A DNA stretch of 64,000 nucleotides from Felis catus (Eukaryota), in NCBI RefSeq assembly GCF_018350175.1, contig NC_058383.1, forward strand, positions 13,270,001 through 13,334,000, read 5' to 3'. The stretch's first letter is position 1. Every line of letters starts with the position of its first letter. A program made the translations under genes and the position numbers. The notes under the pieces are model-generated. The model did not search any database and was not told the DNA's origin. It saw only the letters and a list, made by a program, of their open reading frames with translations. This document shows positions 36,003 through 49,063 of the stretch, piece by piece.

Positions 36003-36199
36003 AATTTTATTTTAAAGAGCACATGCATGTGCAAGCAGGGCAGAGGGGCAGAGAGAGAGAGAATCTTTTTTTTAATTTGAGAGAGAGCACGCAAGTAGGG
36101 GAGAGGGGCAGAGGGGGAGGGAGGGGCGGAAGGAGGTGGGGAGACACAGAGACAGAGAGAGAATATCTGAAGCAGACTCCATGCTCAGTGAAGGTGCCC
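36003..36199 (-). mobile_element. Rearranged Can-SINE: two tail segments plus an internally deleted body
   Basis: Two successive tail units (gcaagcagggcagaggggcagagagag; gcaagtaggggagaggggcagagg), then aagcagactccatgctcagtg joined to aggtgcccc. Confidence 0.75.
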
Positions 36200-37179
36200 C
36201 CTGTTTTGATTTTAATATGAGATCTTACTAACCCTGGAAATTTTGCCAGGATTATTCCAGTTAATCATAATTTCGCCACAGAGTAGAGAAATGAAAACCA
36301 TGTTAAGTCAGGGGACAGGAGTACAGTATTGTGCAGTCATTGAGATCTTTTGACTGGTTGCCTTGAATTCACTTTTCATTAGATAAAAAGAAATATGCAA
36401 GAGATATCCTGCATTTATGGTTAGGAAGACTTAATATCATTGAGATGTCAATCCTGCCCAGAGCAACGTATGATTCTGAGCAATTCCTCTGAAAATTCCA
36501 GCATCCTTTTTTGCAAACAGGAGAAAGCAGATACTCAGATTTAATGTGGAATGGCATGAAACCTTAGTAGTCAACACAATCTTGGAAAAGAAGAACAAAG
36601 CTGGGAGACTCATACTTAACCAATTTTAAAACTATCAGTGAAGCTACAGTAATCAAAACGGTATGATACTGCCATCAGAATAGACATATAAACCAATGGA
36701 ATAATAGAATTGAGACTCCAAAAACAAGCCTATACATCTGTATCCAACTGATTTTTGATATGAGTGTTCAGACCATTCAGGTGGGAGGATATTTTCTCTT
36801 GAACAGATGATGCCAGGACAACTAGATTTCCTGGTGCAAAGGCATAAAATTATAAATTTGGACCCCTGCATCACAGCATGTACACACATTAACTCAAGAT
36901 GAGTCAGTAGCCTATGTATGAGAACTGAAATCATGAAACTCTTAGAAGCAAATGTGGGTCAATCTCATGATTTTGAATTTGGCAGTGGGTTCTTAGATAT
37001 AGCCCCAAAACCATGAGCAACAAAAGAGAAAATAGGAAAATTGGACTTCATCCAAACCAAAACCATTTGTGTATCTCAAAGGGCATTATCAAGAAAGTGA
37101 AAAAAATCCCTATAGGATGGGAGAAAATATTTGCAAATCATATAACTGGTAAGTGTTTAATATTTAAAAATGGAAAAGG

Positions 37180-37385
37180 GGGGCGCCTGGGTGGCTCAGT
37201 CGGTTGAGTGACCGACTTCAGCTCGAGTCATGATCTCACACCTTGTGAGTTTGAGCCCCGCGTTGGGTTCTGGGCTGACGGTTCGGAGCCTGGGACCTGC
37301 TTCGGATTCTGTGTCTCCCTCTCTTTCTGCCCCTCCCCCACTCACATTCTGTCTCTCTCAAAAACAAACAAACAAACAAACAAAT
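37180..37385 (+). mobile_element. Felid Can-SINE inserted in the L1
   Basis: ggggcgcctgggtggctcagtcggttga..., (CAAA)n tail, TSD aaaatgg(g)aaaagg. Confidence 0.92.
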
Positions 37386-38213
37386 AAAATGGGAAAAGGA
37401 CTTGAAGAGACATTTGCAGAAAAGATATACAAATGGCCAGTAAACACATGAAAGATTGTTGTCATCACAGTCATCAGGGAAATACAAGTCAAAGCCATAA
37501 TGGGATATCTGTTTACATCTGCCAGGATAATTATAATAAAAAAGGTTGGGGGGGGGGGAATAAGTGTTGGCAGGGATATAGAGAAATTAGAACCCTTACA
37601 TGTGATGGTGTGAATGGAAAATGGTACAGCCACCGTGGAAAACAGCTTGGCAATTTCTTAAATAATGAAATATAAAATTACCATATGTCCCACCAGTTCC
37701 ACTATTAGGTATATATCCAATCAAATTGAAAATAGTTGCTCAGAGAGATATTTATGTGCCTATTTTTATTGCAGCATTATTCACAATAACCAAAAGTAGA
37801 AACAACCCACCTGTCTGTCAGTAGATGGATGGATAAATGAAAAGTGGCCATATATGTGTCCATATATGGGCAATGGAATATTATTTAGTCATAAAAAAGG
37901 AGTTAAGTTCTCATGCATGATCCAGAACCTTGAAAGCATTATATTAAGTGAAAGAAGCTAGTATTGTATGATTCCACTTATTTAAGGAACCTAGAGTATG
38001 CAGATTCCTAGAGACAGAAAGCAGAAAGGACGTTAACAGGGAGGGACCAGTCACTGGAGTTGGGGAAAGTGAGGGATTGGGAGCTATGGGTGAATGGTTA
38101 CAAAGTTTTTGTTTAGGGTGATGAAATAGTTTTTGGATACATTCACAGCAATGTGAATGTAATTAATGCCCAAATTATACACTTAAAAATGGCTAAAATG
38201 TCAAACTTTATGT

Positions 38214-38228
38214 TGTGTGTGTGTGTGT

Positions 38229-38269
<41 letters not shown>

Positions 38270-38295
38270 CATATAATACGTATATATATATATAT
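38214..38295. repeat. (TG)n(TA)n microsatellite in the L1 tail
   Basis: Read directly in the sequence. Confidence 0.9.
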
Positions 38296-38814
38296 TTTTT
38301 TTACCACAATAAAATAATGTAAAAAAAAAATGAGGGCTGTAACAATCCTGAAAATCTTATGTGGATCCAGTCTGTGCAATACTTTGAGCTCATGTGACTT
38401 ATTAATTTTTAAAATTCCTACCTTTTGCAACAACAGTATCAAAATGTGAAAGGATAAATGACAGAGAAAAAGAAAAGGAAAAAAAGTAGTTGGCCTTTAA
38501 CGAGATCTTCCAAAACCTCCAGCCACTTACTTGCTTTGCATGAGCAGTTCTGAGGTTGCAGATTCTTACCTCAGGCCCATTGGCATCTAAAATTTGCAGA
38601 GATGAAAACCTTTGCCAAGGAAGTCAAGCCACAAAGTGATTCTTTTGGAACCAAGGCAGCACCTACCCACACAATATTTTCAAGAATGAAGATACCCTTA
38701 GTCTTTCTTAAAAAAAGGGAATTAGTAACTAATTACTTCAGTAACTATCAGACAATGAGGAGATGGACTGAAAGACCACGCTTAGTCTTGTTTTCGTTTA
38801 CGATGGCTCTCCTT

Positions 38815-39790
38815 CCCGTGCTTCTGCTTTCATTAGTTTCTTGAACATGTGGAAAGTAGTTAGTAACTGTTCTAAGGCCCTTCGTCTACTAATCTGTGTC
38901 ATTTCCATGTCTGCCACTGTTGGTTGGTTTTTCTCCCCATTATGAATTGTTATTTTCTGTCTCCTTTGCATGCTTGACAGTTTTTGTTTTTGTTTTTGTT
39001 TTTTTTGGGGGGGGGGGGTGCCAGACATTGTGAGTTTCTCTTTGTTGGTTGCTGGATATTATAGGTTCCTGTAAATTTTCTTGAGCTTTATTCTGGGATG
39101 CAGTTATGTCACTTGGAAATAGTTTGATTTTTCTGAGGTTTGCTTTTATGTTTTCCTGGGTGGAACCAGAGCAGCCTTTAGGCTAAGGCTAATTATTTCC
39201 CCAGTACGGAATACTCTGCCTGATTCCTGATGCATTACGTGATTTTTTCCGAACCCTGACAGCTGGTGGAAATACCATTTTCTGCCCTATGTGAGCCCTG
39301 GGGATTGTTTGCCTGCTCCTCTCCAGTGGTTGTTCCCCTCGTTTGGGGTGCTTTTCTCCAGCAGGTGTGCTGGTAGGTATTCAGGCAAAGACCAGAGGGG
39401 ACCTTTTCACAGCTTCCACGTTTCTGTCCCTGTGAAGGTCTCTTCTCTACCATCTTCCGCTTTGCAAATTCCAGCTGCCTTGGCTTCCTCCAGCTCTGTC
39501 TTCTCAACTTGGGGTACTTCTGGGCTCTACCTGGGCCACCTCTCAGTTGCCCTACTGTGGCATCAAAACTCTCTCCAGGTGTTAAGCTGGGGCAGTTTTT
39601 AGGGTCATCTCATCTGCTTCCCTCGTCTCGAAGATCACTGTCTTGCCATGCCTACTGCCCAGTTTCTAAAATCCCTCTTCTCATACATTTTGTCTGGTTT
39701 TGTTGTTGTTTTTGTTGTTGTTGTTGTTGCTGCTGCTGCTTAAGGTGCAAGAACGTATCTGGTCCCTGTGAGTCCATCATGCCCACGCCT
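38815..39790 (-). mobile_element. Old L1 5' region fragment (L1M4/L1MD-like)
   Basis: gccagacattgtgagttt...tgctggatatt...ttctgggatgcagttatgtcacttggaaatagtttga, typical of old L1M 5' portions. Confidence 0.65.
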
Positions 39791-40344
39791 GGTTTTTCAG
39801 CTGAGATAAAAATTCCCCTGTCTTTCCTGCATTTCAGTTATTTTTAGAAGCTTTGGCAATTGAGACTCACTCCCAAGTGCAACTAATGAAGATATTATAT
39901 TATTCCAGCTTAGTTATTTTGAATTGGACAGGCAAAAAAGAGAAAGAATAAAGAATTGCAGTGTGGCTGGAGGATTTGACTCATGGGTAAAGCTTCAAAA
40001 CCAAATGTGCTTGGCTTTTCTAAATTACGTATTCCCAAACTGTATTTCCAGAAGGGAATAATTGTCTACGAGGACTCTCAGATTGTCCACATCAAGGAGA
40101 CACAGTAACTTGGTGAGGTTAGTCACTAAGGAAAAAGTTAAGGGGAATAATTGAGTATATAAATATTCATGATGAGTTGTTCAAGGGGGACACTATTGCT
40201 TCTGACTTACACAGAGTTTTGTCACTGAGGAAATTGTCAGAATTTAGGGGCTAAATTTACTTATAAATTTAGTAAATCAAATCCTCAAATTATGAAATGA
40301 TCCTGGGCATTCATTACTAACACACCAAGTTTTAAGAGCAGTTT

Positions 40345-40770
40345 AGTTACTTATTTTCTGTGTGACCTTGAGCAAAGAACTTGATCTTTCCCAGTCTAGG
40401 TTTCTGTTTCTGTGAAATGGGCATACTTTGACCTGCCTTGTAGGTCTCCTGTATTACTTTTTAATTTTTGTATCGTTTATTTATTTATTTTGAGATGGGA
40501 GAGAGCGCTCGTGTGGGCAAGAGCAGAAGAAGGGCAGAGAGAGACAGTGAGAGAGAATCCTAAGCAGGTTCTGCACCATCAGTGCAGAGCCTGATGCGGG
40601 GCTCAAACTCACAAACTCCAAGATCATGACCTGAGCCGAAATCAGGAGTCGGAGGTTTAACTGACTCAGCCACCCAAGCGCCCTGTAGGTCTCCTTTACA
40701 GATCACCTGGCACCGTGCTATTTGAATCACGTAGCACAGTTCTTGGCACATCCACCATGCTCAAAAATAC
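40345..40770 (+). mobile_element. MIR split by a Can-SINE
   Basis: ctgtgtgaccttgagcaa...ctgtgaaatggg before the SINE and agcacagttcttggcacat after it. Confidence 0.7.
40454..40683 (-). mobile_element. Can-SINE (older feliform type)
   Basis: Full body; TSD tgtaggtctcct(g/t)ta on both sides. Confidence 0.9.
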
Positions 40771-41129
40771 TCATTCTGGAATCATCCTTTTGTATCAGAT
40801 TTAGAACTTCCCTTAATAGCCTTACTGCCCTCTTAAATTTGAATTCCTTGTAAGTGTCCATTTGACAAGACCTGCTTATTCCCGTCACGACAAACAGGAC
40901 TCTTCCTCCCAAACAAAACCCTTTATTACCCATGTCACCTTACCTGTTTATCTCCAACCTGAACCGTCCATCCCTCTTGCTTCCCTGTCCTGGTATTGGA
41001 TCCCAGAGCTCGTATCCTCAGAGTCAAGCTCAGTCCCTTCCTCCATCTCCTTATCCTGTCTCCTTGGTCACTTTCATTTATTTACTGACTGTATTTGTGA
41101 AGAGGTATTTGGGTATGATTATATTCTCA

Positions 41130-41570
41130 TTGACACCTCTGATACGTCAGATGCCCTACTCTTTGGCACACAGAGAATTCCTGTGGCCTCTTACTGGTGT
41201 CATCTACCCCGTCTCTGTTTCCTCTGTACTGTGCTCTGCACTGCCTCCAGAGCTGTTTTTCTAAGAATCAGAGCTCACAACTAAACTGTCTTGTTTAAGA
41301 TATTTTAGACAAAGTCTACGCCCCTGAGGATTGTCTGCAGAGCCCCTCAAGGAAGTCTGAAGCTTCCCCTTCATCTTCCTGCCCTCCCTCTCCTTCCCCA
41401 TCTTTGTACCTTAGGCTTAGTCCCTCTGAACCACTGTTGTTTTCTTAAATAGTATGCACTTTCAAATCTTCCTACCTTTGTTTTCTCTTTTGGATCTTTT
41501 TTTTTTTCTCTTTTCCTTCTGCCAGCCCCAATGTCACTTTCTCTAGCAAACTCTTCCCACCATCCTATGC
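41130..41570 (+). mobile_element. Degenerate L2 fragment
   Basis: ctctgcactgcctccagagctgtttttctaagaatcaga and a pyrimidine-rich L2-like body. Confidence 0.5.
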
Positions 41571-42254
41571 AAGTAGACTTCTTTAATGCTTTATTGAAAT
41601 GAGTATGTGGATATGGCTCATTTCTCTGTGAATGGTTTTTGGGTCAGGTTTTTAGTTATGAGAAGGGAGAACAATATTTAGTACTTTTGAAGGGCTCAAT
41701 ACTTGAAGGAATTGAAACGTTTCAGAAAATCATGAAAAGAGATTGAATTGTAGTAAGTACTGTGCTAAACAGTTGTCTAATCTGATTGTTCTGAGGCCAT
41801 TTAGTCCATTTAACATCATAATTGGGGCATTCTTTCTACATCTTTTTGCGATACCCAAAAACTCCCCATGTTTGTGGGTCCCACTACGCAGTCATTCATT
41901 CACTTGTGCAAGCGTGTGTCCCAGCCTCCTTTCTTCCCACCTTCCCCCCAAACTTTTACTGAGGTTTTACTCTGTCCTAGGTTGGCTCACTCTTATTAAG
42001 GAAGAAACAGACAGGGGCCACACCATCCATGAGTTTCCCTTAGTTAAGAAGAAAATCTGATCTAATCCAGGCCTGTAAAGTGTTCTTGATGTTCTGTTTC
42101 TTCTCTTCTCTCTTTTTTAAGATATGTGTTAGATTTTCCTTTTCCCTGACAGTTCGTTTCTGCCCTTTTCTATTCCAGAGCCATATATTCATGCGTTTGC
42201 CTGGATGTGTCAGCATTTTGACTGCCCAGAAATTTTCATCCGGTACTTTAACTG

Positions 42255-42685
42255 GGTTGCGTATAGTTCTGTGCGCTTGAGGTTGACTAGTGGACAGGAT
42301 GAAGTCTCTGTCCTCATGAGCCTTGCATTCTGTTGGGGAGGCAGACAACAGACATGTGAGCTGTGAGCATAACTGTTTCTGACAGAATATGTTTTACCAG
42401 GTAAACAAGACAGTGATGAGGGGCTGAAGGGCATGTGTTGCTGTTTTAACCAGGTGATCGGATGAGGCCTTTCTGTAGACGATGTTTAAACCAGAGCCTG
42501 AAAGAGGTAGCCCTGTGAAGATCTGTGGGAAGAGCATCCTGGGCATCAGGAACCACAGGCTCAACGGCCTGAGTCAGGAGCAAGCATGACGTGTTTCAGG
42601 GGAAGAAATAAGGCCAGTGCGGCTGGAATATAGTGACTGAACGCAGGGGTTGATCACATGATCTCTTCTAGCGTATGGTAAGGAG
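42255..42685 (-). mobile_element. L2 fragment
   Basis: gtctctgtcctcatgagccttgcattct...gtgaagatctgtgggaagagcatcctgggca...aaggccagtgcggctggaatatagtga. Confidence 0.7.
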
Positions 42686-42694
42686 GCTAGGCAT

Positions 42695-43095
42695 GGCATG
42701 AGTCTCCTGGGCTACTGTAATTGAAGACCACAAGCTGGTAGCTTAAAATAATGGAGATTTATTATCTTAGTTTTTGAGACTAAAATTCCAACATTAAGGG
42801 TGTCAGCAGGGCCATGATCCCTCTGAAAGCTCTAGGAAGGACCCTTCCATTCCTCGTCTAGCTTCTGGTGGCCTCTGGCATTCCTTGACTTATAATTGTA
42901 TCAGTACAGTACCTGCCTCTGTCTTCACACAGCCATCTGCTCAATTTGTAGCTTTGTGTGTCCTTTCTTCTCTTTGTTAATACAGCAGTTACTGGATTTA
43001 GGACCACCTTAATCTAGTATGACCCCAACTTAATTACATCTACAAAGACCCATTGTCCAAATAAGGCCATTCTAGTGCAAACTTTGGGAGCACCT
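42695..43095 (-). mobile_element. MaLR LTR (MLT1C-like)
   Basis: aagggtgtcagcagggccatgatccctctgaaagctctagg...ctagcttctggtggc...aattacatctacaaagaccc. Confidence 0.82.
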
Positions 43096-43111
43096 GTACC
43101 ACGTAAGGTTG

Positions 43112-43425
43112 TTTTATTGTCAAGGTTCTCAAGAGGAATAGAACCAATAGTGTGTATAATCATATACAACTACGGAGGCTGATAAGTCTGAAGGTCTGTA
43201 GTCAGCGGGCTGGAAACCCAGAAGAGTCACTGGTTAGTTCCAGTCTGAGTCCAAGGCCTAATCACCAGGAGAACTGATGGTGTAATTCTAGTCCGAAGGC
43301 TGGAAGGCTTGAGACCCAGGAAGAGTCCATGTTTCAGTTGAAGTCTGAAAGCAGGGGAAAACCATTATCCCAGCTGGGGTGCAGTCAGAAAAAGTCTCTG
43401 TGACTTTGAAGATAGTCATTTTTTT
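43112..43425 (-). mobile_element. ERVL LTR fragment (MLT2B-like)
   Basis: caaggttctcaagaggaatagaaccaatag...ggaggctgataagtc...ttccagtctgagtccaaggcct...gagacccaggaagag. Confidence 0.78.
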
Positions 43426-43891
43426 TGCACTGGAAGATGTTAAAAGGTATGTTTTTCTAATTTTTACTTTAAAATGTTTATTTGCCCTTTATATGAAACA
43501 ACAGATAAAGGTAAGACCAAGAATGCGGAGAGGTAAAGAAGCCAGAAGACAAGGAGTATAGATGAGAGCCAGTGACTACGTGAAGGGGGTTGGAATAGAG
43601 GGTTGAAAATTGAAGTTAGAAGGGTCCATTTCCATAACTAATGCTTTTTTCAAGTTGTTGCCCCCTATTTTTTTTAAATCACATCTATTATTTATTAAAA
43701 ACCAAAAGCAATCAATAACAATAATGATGACGAACAAAAAAAGAAAACAAAAACAAATGCTTTCCCTAAATATCACATGTTCCCTGAAATTTCCACTAGT
43801 TTTTTTTAACTTTTGTGGTATGAAATTACAAAATTTCTTAGTTGAAAAGCTAGTTTTATTATTTTTGTTTATTTCTTTTGTTATCTGTAGA

Positions 43892-44559
43892 ATTTTTTTG
43901 ACATATAATTAGTGTAGAGTTTGTTATGTTAGTTTCTGGTTGATAACGATGATTCTGTGCATCATGCATTCCTCACTGCAATAGTGCATCATTACAGTCT
44001 TATCGACTCTGTTCCCTGTGCTGTGCTTTTCACCTCCATGACTTAGTTTTTTTGTAACTGGAAGTTTGTACCTCATGATCCCCTTTATTTATTTTACTCC
44101 CATCCACCTTTCCTCTGACAACCACTTCTCTGTATTTAAGAGTCTGTTTTCTTGTTTATTCACTTGCTTTGTTTGTTTTAGATTCCACATCAGTGAAATA
44201 ATAATGGTATTTGTCTTTCCCTGTCTGACTTATTTCACTTAGCATAATATTTTTAGGTGCATTCATGTTGTCCCAAATGGCAAGATCTCATTCTTTTTTA
44301 TGGCTGAATAATACTCCTTTTATATAGATAGAATACTCCTTTTATAGATAGATATATAGATCGACAGACAGACAGACCACTTCTTTATTCATCTGTGGAT
44401 GGGCTTGGGGTGCTTCTGTATCTTGGCTTTTGTGAATAATGCTGCAGTAAACACAGGGATGTATGTATATCTCTTTTCAAATTAGTGTTTTCATTTTCTT
44501 TGGGTAAATACGGTGATGGAATTCTTGGGTCATGTAGTATTTCTCATTTTAATTTTTGG
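43892..44559 (-). mobile_element. Carnivore L1 3' fragment
   Basis: taactggaagtttgtacctc...ttagattccacat...tgtctgacttatttcacttagcataat...caaatggcaagatctcattc. Confidence 0.85.
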
Positions 44560-47500
44560 CCTGTTTTTCCTTGAATTCCCCTAGTAGTAATTTCCCATTC
44601 AAATTTATATTGTGTCTTCATCATCTATTAGTAATCTTATCCCCGAGACAGATTTCCTAGGATTAAGATTTCAAGTTTTTATAATTGTCATTGTTTTTTA
44701 AAATGCTACAGAAAATCCATGAATGAGCTTGTTTTGTGGCCTTCACAAGAAATGTACTTAGCCATGATCCTCCGTGTTTTACTCCCAAGAGAGAAAAGCA
44801 TAACAGGGAGGTGGGTAGGCAAGGATGTCAGACACAATTGGTGATGTGGAAGAATTTTAAAATATTCTATTTAAATTAGCCGTAGGGTCAGAGCACACAT
44901 CCTCATTGAGAGGTGGAGTACACATCCATCCCATACTCAGAGAGCTGTAATAGTAGCCATGGCCTTTCTGTGTAGATGTCTAATAAATGGAGCACATCTT
45001 TTTTGGATGGATAATCAATTTTGAAATCCCTTGTTGTAGGTAAGCCGTTAAAACAGAAATGTTAACTTCATGAGTTTAATGAGTACCTTCCATGATAGCT
45101 TAGTGACAGAGATGGAAAGAAAGTCAGGTGGGGAGCAGTGAGGAAGAGTAGAATGAGAGTTTAATGAATATCCACTTGCACACTTGAATGTCAGCAGCAA
45201 TGTTCTACCTCCTGGAAAATGTCTTTCAACTGTGCATCCCATTACTATTCCTGCAGCCCATGTAGCTTGGAGATGGAGGCAGAGTGTGTTTGTAAGAAAG
45301 CTCTCCTTTGCAACATAATGAGATCGAGGCGGGTAATTTGCAGATTGCGGGAGCAGTGTGGTCAAACCTGGAAAAAAAAAAAAAAAAACCAGCCACATGA
45401 AAAGACCATGTGAAATAGGAGATGGCTGATAATGAGCCCGGAAATCACATATCAGATAGCCAGTGGGCTGGCATTTCCTCACATCCTTGTCCTCTCGTTG
45501 CTAAACACTTTCTCTTACTCTGTTTGCTCAGTCTCTCTACACCTAACATTTCTGCCTTGTGTCTTGAAAATATGAATGAATTGGCATCTCTGCCATTTGA
45601 AACAAATAAGAATGAAGGCTTTTTCATTATTCAACAGATGTATTTGCCTAAACATGGGTGTATGGTATTATTTCGAATGCTTTTGAATCCAAGGACGTTT
45701 TGTTTGTTGAATTCTTTTTTAAAACATCTCATTAGTTTTTCAAGCCTCATTTTCACTCCTTGCCTTTTCTAGATTCTATGACAATTTTTGCTATATGGTT
45801 TGGAGAGAGTTTGCCTTCCCCCTCCAACAAAACAAAAAAGAAAGACCCCTTCTCATTAGATATGGATTGGGGCAACACAGAAAGTTGAAATCAGCTTGAT
45901 TCTATCAAGTGTTCAGTGGTCAGGGCATCACAACCTCTTTGCTTTCCTAGGCCTTTTACCTTGGTGTCTGTCTCTTTCCTATATGAGAAATCGGTGCCAA
46001 TCCCTAAATGCACATCTGTAAATTAATAGCCAACATAATGCATTTCAATCATAGGAAGGCTGTTTCTAGATATCTATTTCATTTTTGTAGCATAGTCTGT
46101 TTTTGCCCATGGTTCCAGGTGTTCATGGAATTTCTGACTTGGGAAAAAGGTTAATGCTCTCAAATACTTGCATCTGTATTGAGATACAAACTTGGATTAG
46201 GCATATGATCGAGACTCTTGTGGACCTTCTGGATAGCAAGGCCTAAGGGATGTGATGTGTGTCATGAGCTGGCAGTGAAACCCTGACTCCTGCCTGTGGC
46301 TGGTCTCAGAACTTCTGTTATCTTTATCTGACGCTGAAGGTGTTATTGTTGACCAGGAATAGTGTCCCACTGAATACAAGGCCATAGCAAGATTCTTGAA
46401 GTTGTAGTAATGGACAAGAAGATACCTCTTTCAGAGATGTTATTTCTTTCAAAATCTCCAGTGATTGAAGGGGGCTGGCAATTGGCCGAGAAAAATGTGG
46501 TGGAGAAGGGAGTAGGCAGGGAAGAAATGTCAATGCCATGGGTGTTTGGCAAAGGTAAAGATTAGAAGGATTTTTTTACAGAATTTTTTGCCAGGTCCCG
46601 AAAACACAGCTTAATGCCCCCAACTTTTTTCTGTATAGAAAAAGAGGTGAGTACAGTGGGTTGACAAATGTGAGTATCCTCTGACCATAAGGTTCTGTAT
46701 GCTTTCTAGCAAATACTGAAACTCTAATGGGCTTTTAATGCACAGGAGGATACAGTGTCTATGTTCTTTCATGTGTCTGTCTGTATTTGTGTGTGTGTGG
46801 GGGGGTGGTATAAGGCAGGGTGCTTAAATGCTTTGTTGCATTATGTTAATTCCTCGGCAGTGCAATCAAATTCATGTCGTAATTAAAGCTGTCAGTTGGA
46901 AGGCAAGCCAATCGCCACGAAAACACAGCATAACAAATGAAGTGAAATGATTCTGCGTGTAGCTATACAATGCTTCGCCAGGCATGAAATTAAATAAGTA
47001 ATTTGATGTTGACATCAGAAATTGAAATGATACCCACTGTTCCCTCATTCAGTCAGACCTGCATAAACAATAGCCAGAACAAATATGCACAACAAAGCCC
47101 TCTTCTCCACCCAGCTCCCTGAGTAATGTACAATATATATGCAAAATGAGTATAACAGAGCTTTCTGAGACCTGAAGGATGTAATTTTCTTTGGTATACA
47201 ATAAGATGATATGTATGTGGGGGTGGGAGGTGGGTTTGGAGGGGTACTTCTGCTTCTGGGATAAAATGCATTTGCAGGAAGGGGAAAAAAAACTGAAATA
47301 ACAAATCCCATGCTCTTTCTGAGTAATTCATCCTAAAATGAGTTTACCTCCCAGGGGCATGACTCCAGGGTGGTGGAGACCTAAGTTGGCTTTTGCCTTC
47401 CTCTGCTCCGTGGAAGGCTGTGGGTGCTGTACACAGGTGATGCGGTCACATGGCTAATCACTGCTAGGAGAAGCTGTCTCCATGGCTACAGTGGATCTCC

Positions 47501-47834
47501 CTATGTACCATTTATGGGATCAGGAATGCAGCAAGATTTTTTTAAACCAAGTCTGGTGTGCAAGATCACACATCTATTGTCCTTTATTCCCCCTGAGTCT
47601 GTCTGAAACATCAAGGTGAAGAAAGTTTTGCTTTGGGAAGTGCATTTAGGAATGCCCTGGAGCGTACTGTTCTTTTTTGTTGTGGATGCTGTTGATACTT
47701 ACCAGCACTGTATTTCCTTCTCAGAAACAGTTTAAAATCAGGAAGATTCCCATCTACTGTATTTTCAGAGGTGTTAAATTCACCTAAGCCTTCTTCCCCC
47801 CCCCCCATACAATCCACTTATTTATTTATACATT

Positions 47835-48090
47835 AATTCAACGAATACTTACTAAGTGCATCCTGTGTGCTAAGCACTGGGGAAGCAGTGATGAGTTAAC
47901 CAGATGGTCCCTGCTACCTGTAGTTTGCAGAGCAGGGACAGAACATGTAGGTGGAATAATAGCTAGGGATGAACTGAGTGAGTACTGCTTGTAGGCGGAA
48001 GTCAGCCCGCCCCAGGAAGGGGGTAGCCCCTGATCCAAGCTAGTCAGGGAGAAGGCCCTTCCAGCACAAGGACACTTAGCCAAGACCAGG
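47835..48090 (-). mobile_element. L2 3' fragment
   Basis: attcaacgaatacttactaagtgcatcctgtgtgctaagcactgggga...atggtccctgct. Confidence 0.65.
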
Positions 48091-49027
48091 AGACTGTCTT
48101 AGCATTGCATTCCTTTTGTCTTAAGCTTATTTATACTTAGGGCCTTCCTTGTTCACAAAAAGGATACTAAAAATTAAAGAATTTGTAATGGGAGGTTTTA
48201 AGCAAAAAAAAAAAAAAACAAACAGAAGTACAAACAAGCATGAATCACAGACAAGTCTAAAACAAAACCCAAGTTCTCTTTTTGGCCTCTTTGCCGAAAG
48301 AAATGGTGCCCTGCAAGCCTTTCAGAATTAATATTATTTGTTTTAGTCGTCTGTGTGTCAGAACTATGGAAGCCTAAATTGATAATTCTTGTGACTAAAA
48401 CCTTCAGAAAAATGTTGCTTTTCATGGCTTCCCTTTACCCACACATTCTTTGCATTTTATTCTACTAATTATGTTTACAAAATGTCTCATTTTTGAAAAG
48501 CGCTCTGTGTGTACTAACTGATGCCTTTAGGGAATAAACTGGCAAGTAGGTCATACACTGGAAAAGTCATCCAAACCCACTGGGCTTTTATTTTCAAGTC
48601 AGTCTGGGCTTTTTCCTCTTGCCTGCCCCTTTGCGGCCACAAAACTGAGTAGCTTGAGACCAGGGCATTGAATGTCAGCAAGTCAGGGAGGCAGGCTGAT
48701 GCGTGTCTGTTTAGTCTCAGTGCAGGGCGAAATGCCATCATTAATTCATTACCCAGCTGCCTGTCAAATAAATTGGCAATTACGTCCACCGCAGAAGCTT
48801 GGAATTCAGTAAATAGCACGTTAGCATCTCTGAGTTGTTGAGAGATGTAAAGGGGAAAATTAAGCCAACACGGTGTTTGTATCAGTAGCAGATGACAAGG
48901 GGCAGCATACACTAGTGATGTGATGTAGCGATGAAAAACCCGCAAAGGGCTGGTAATGAGCTGTGTGGATTGGAACGTGTTAAAAACCATTGCTGATTTT
49001 CCACTTTGTCTTTATGCTTTATTGCAG

Positions 49028-49063
49028 AGTTCAGCTCCTTCCAGCTTGGGAACAGGCTACTTC
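49028..49063 (+). CDS. AUTS2: AUTS2 coding exon 4, 36 nt, phase 0-0: SSAPSSLGTGYF
   Basis: Branch-point-like tgctgAt (48991-48997), pyrimidine tract, acceptor ttattgcag|AGT, donor TTC|gtaagt. The peptide directly follows the exon 3 peptide in AUTS2. Confidence 0.95.

Larger units (their letters stand above)
36385..38330 (+). mobile_element. L1 (L1MA/MB-type) 3' ~1.7 kb, sense to AUTS2, interrupted by a SINE
   Basis: Degenerate ORF2 phrases (ggaagacttaatatcattgagatgtcaat, gggagaaaatatttgcaaatcatata), 3' UTR and caataaaataatgtaaaaaaaaaa. Confidence 0.9.

Noticed and set aside
48514..48990. 158-aa minus-strand ORF next to exon 4
   Set aside because: No recognisable protein similarity or gene structure; antisense to probable regulatory sequence, and the length is compatible with chance.
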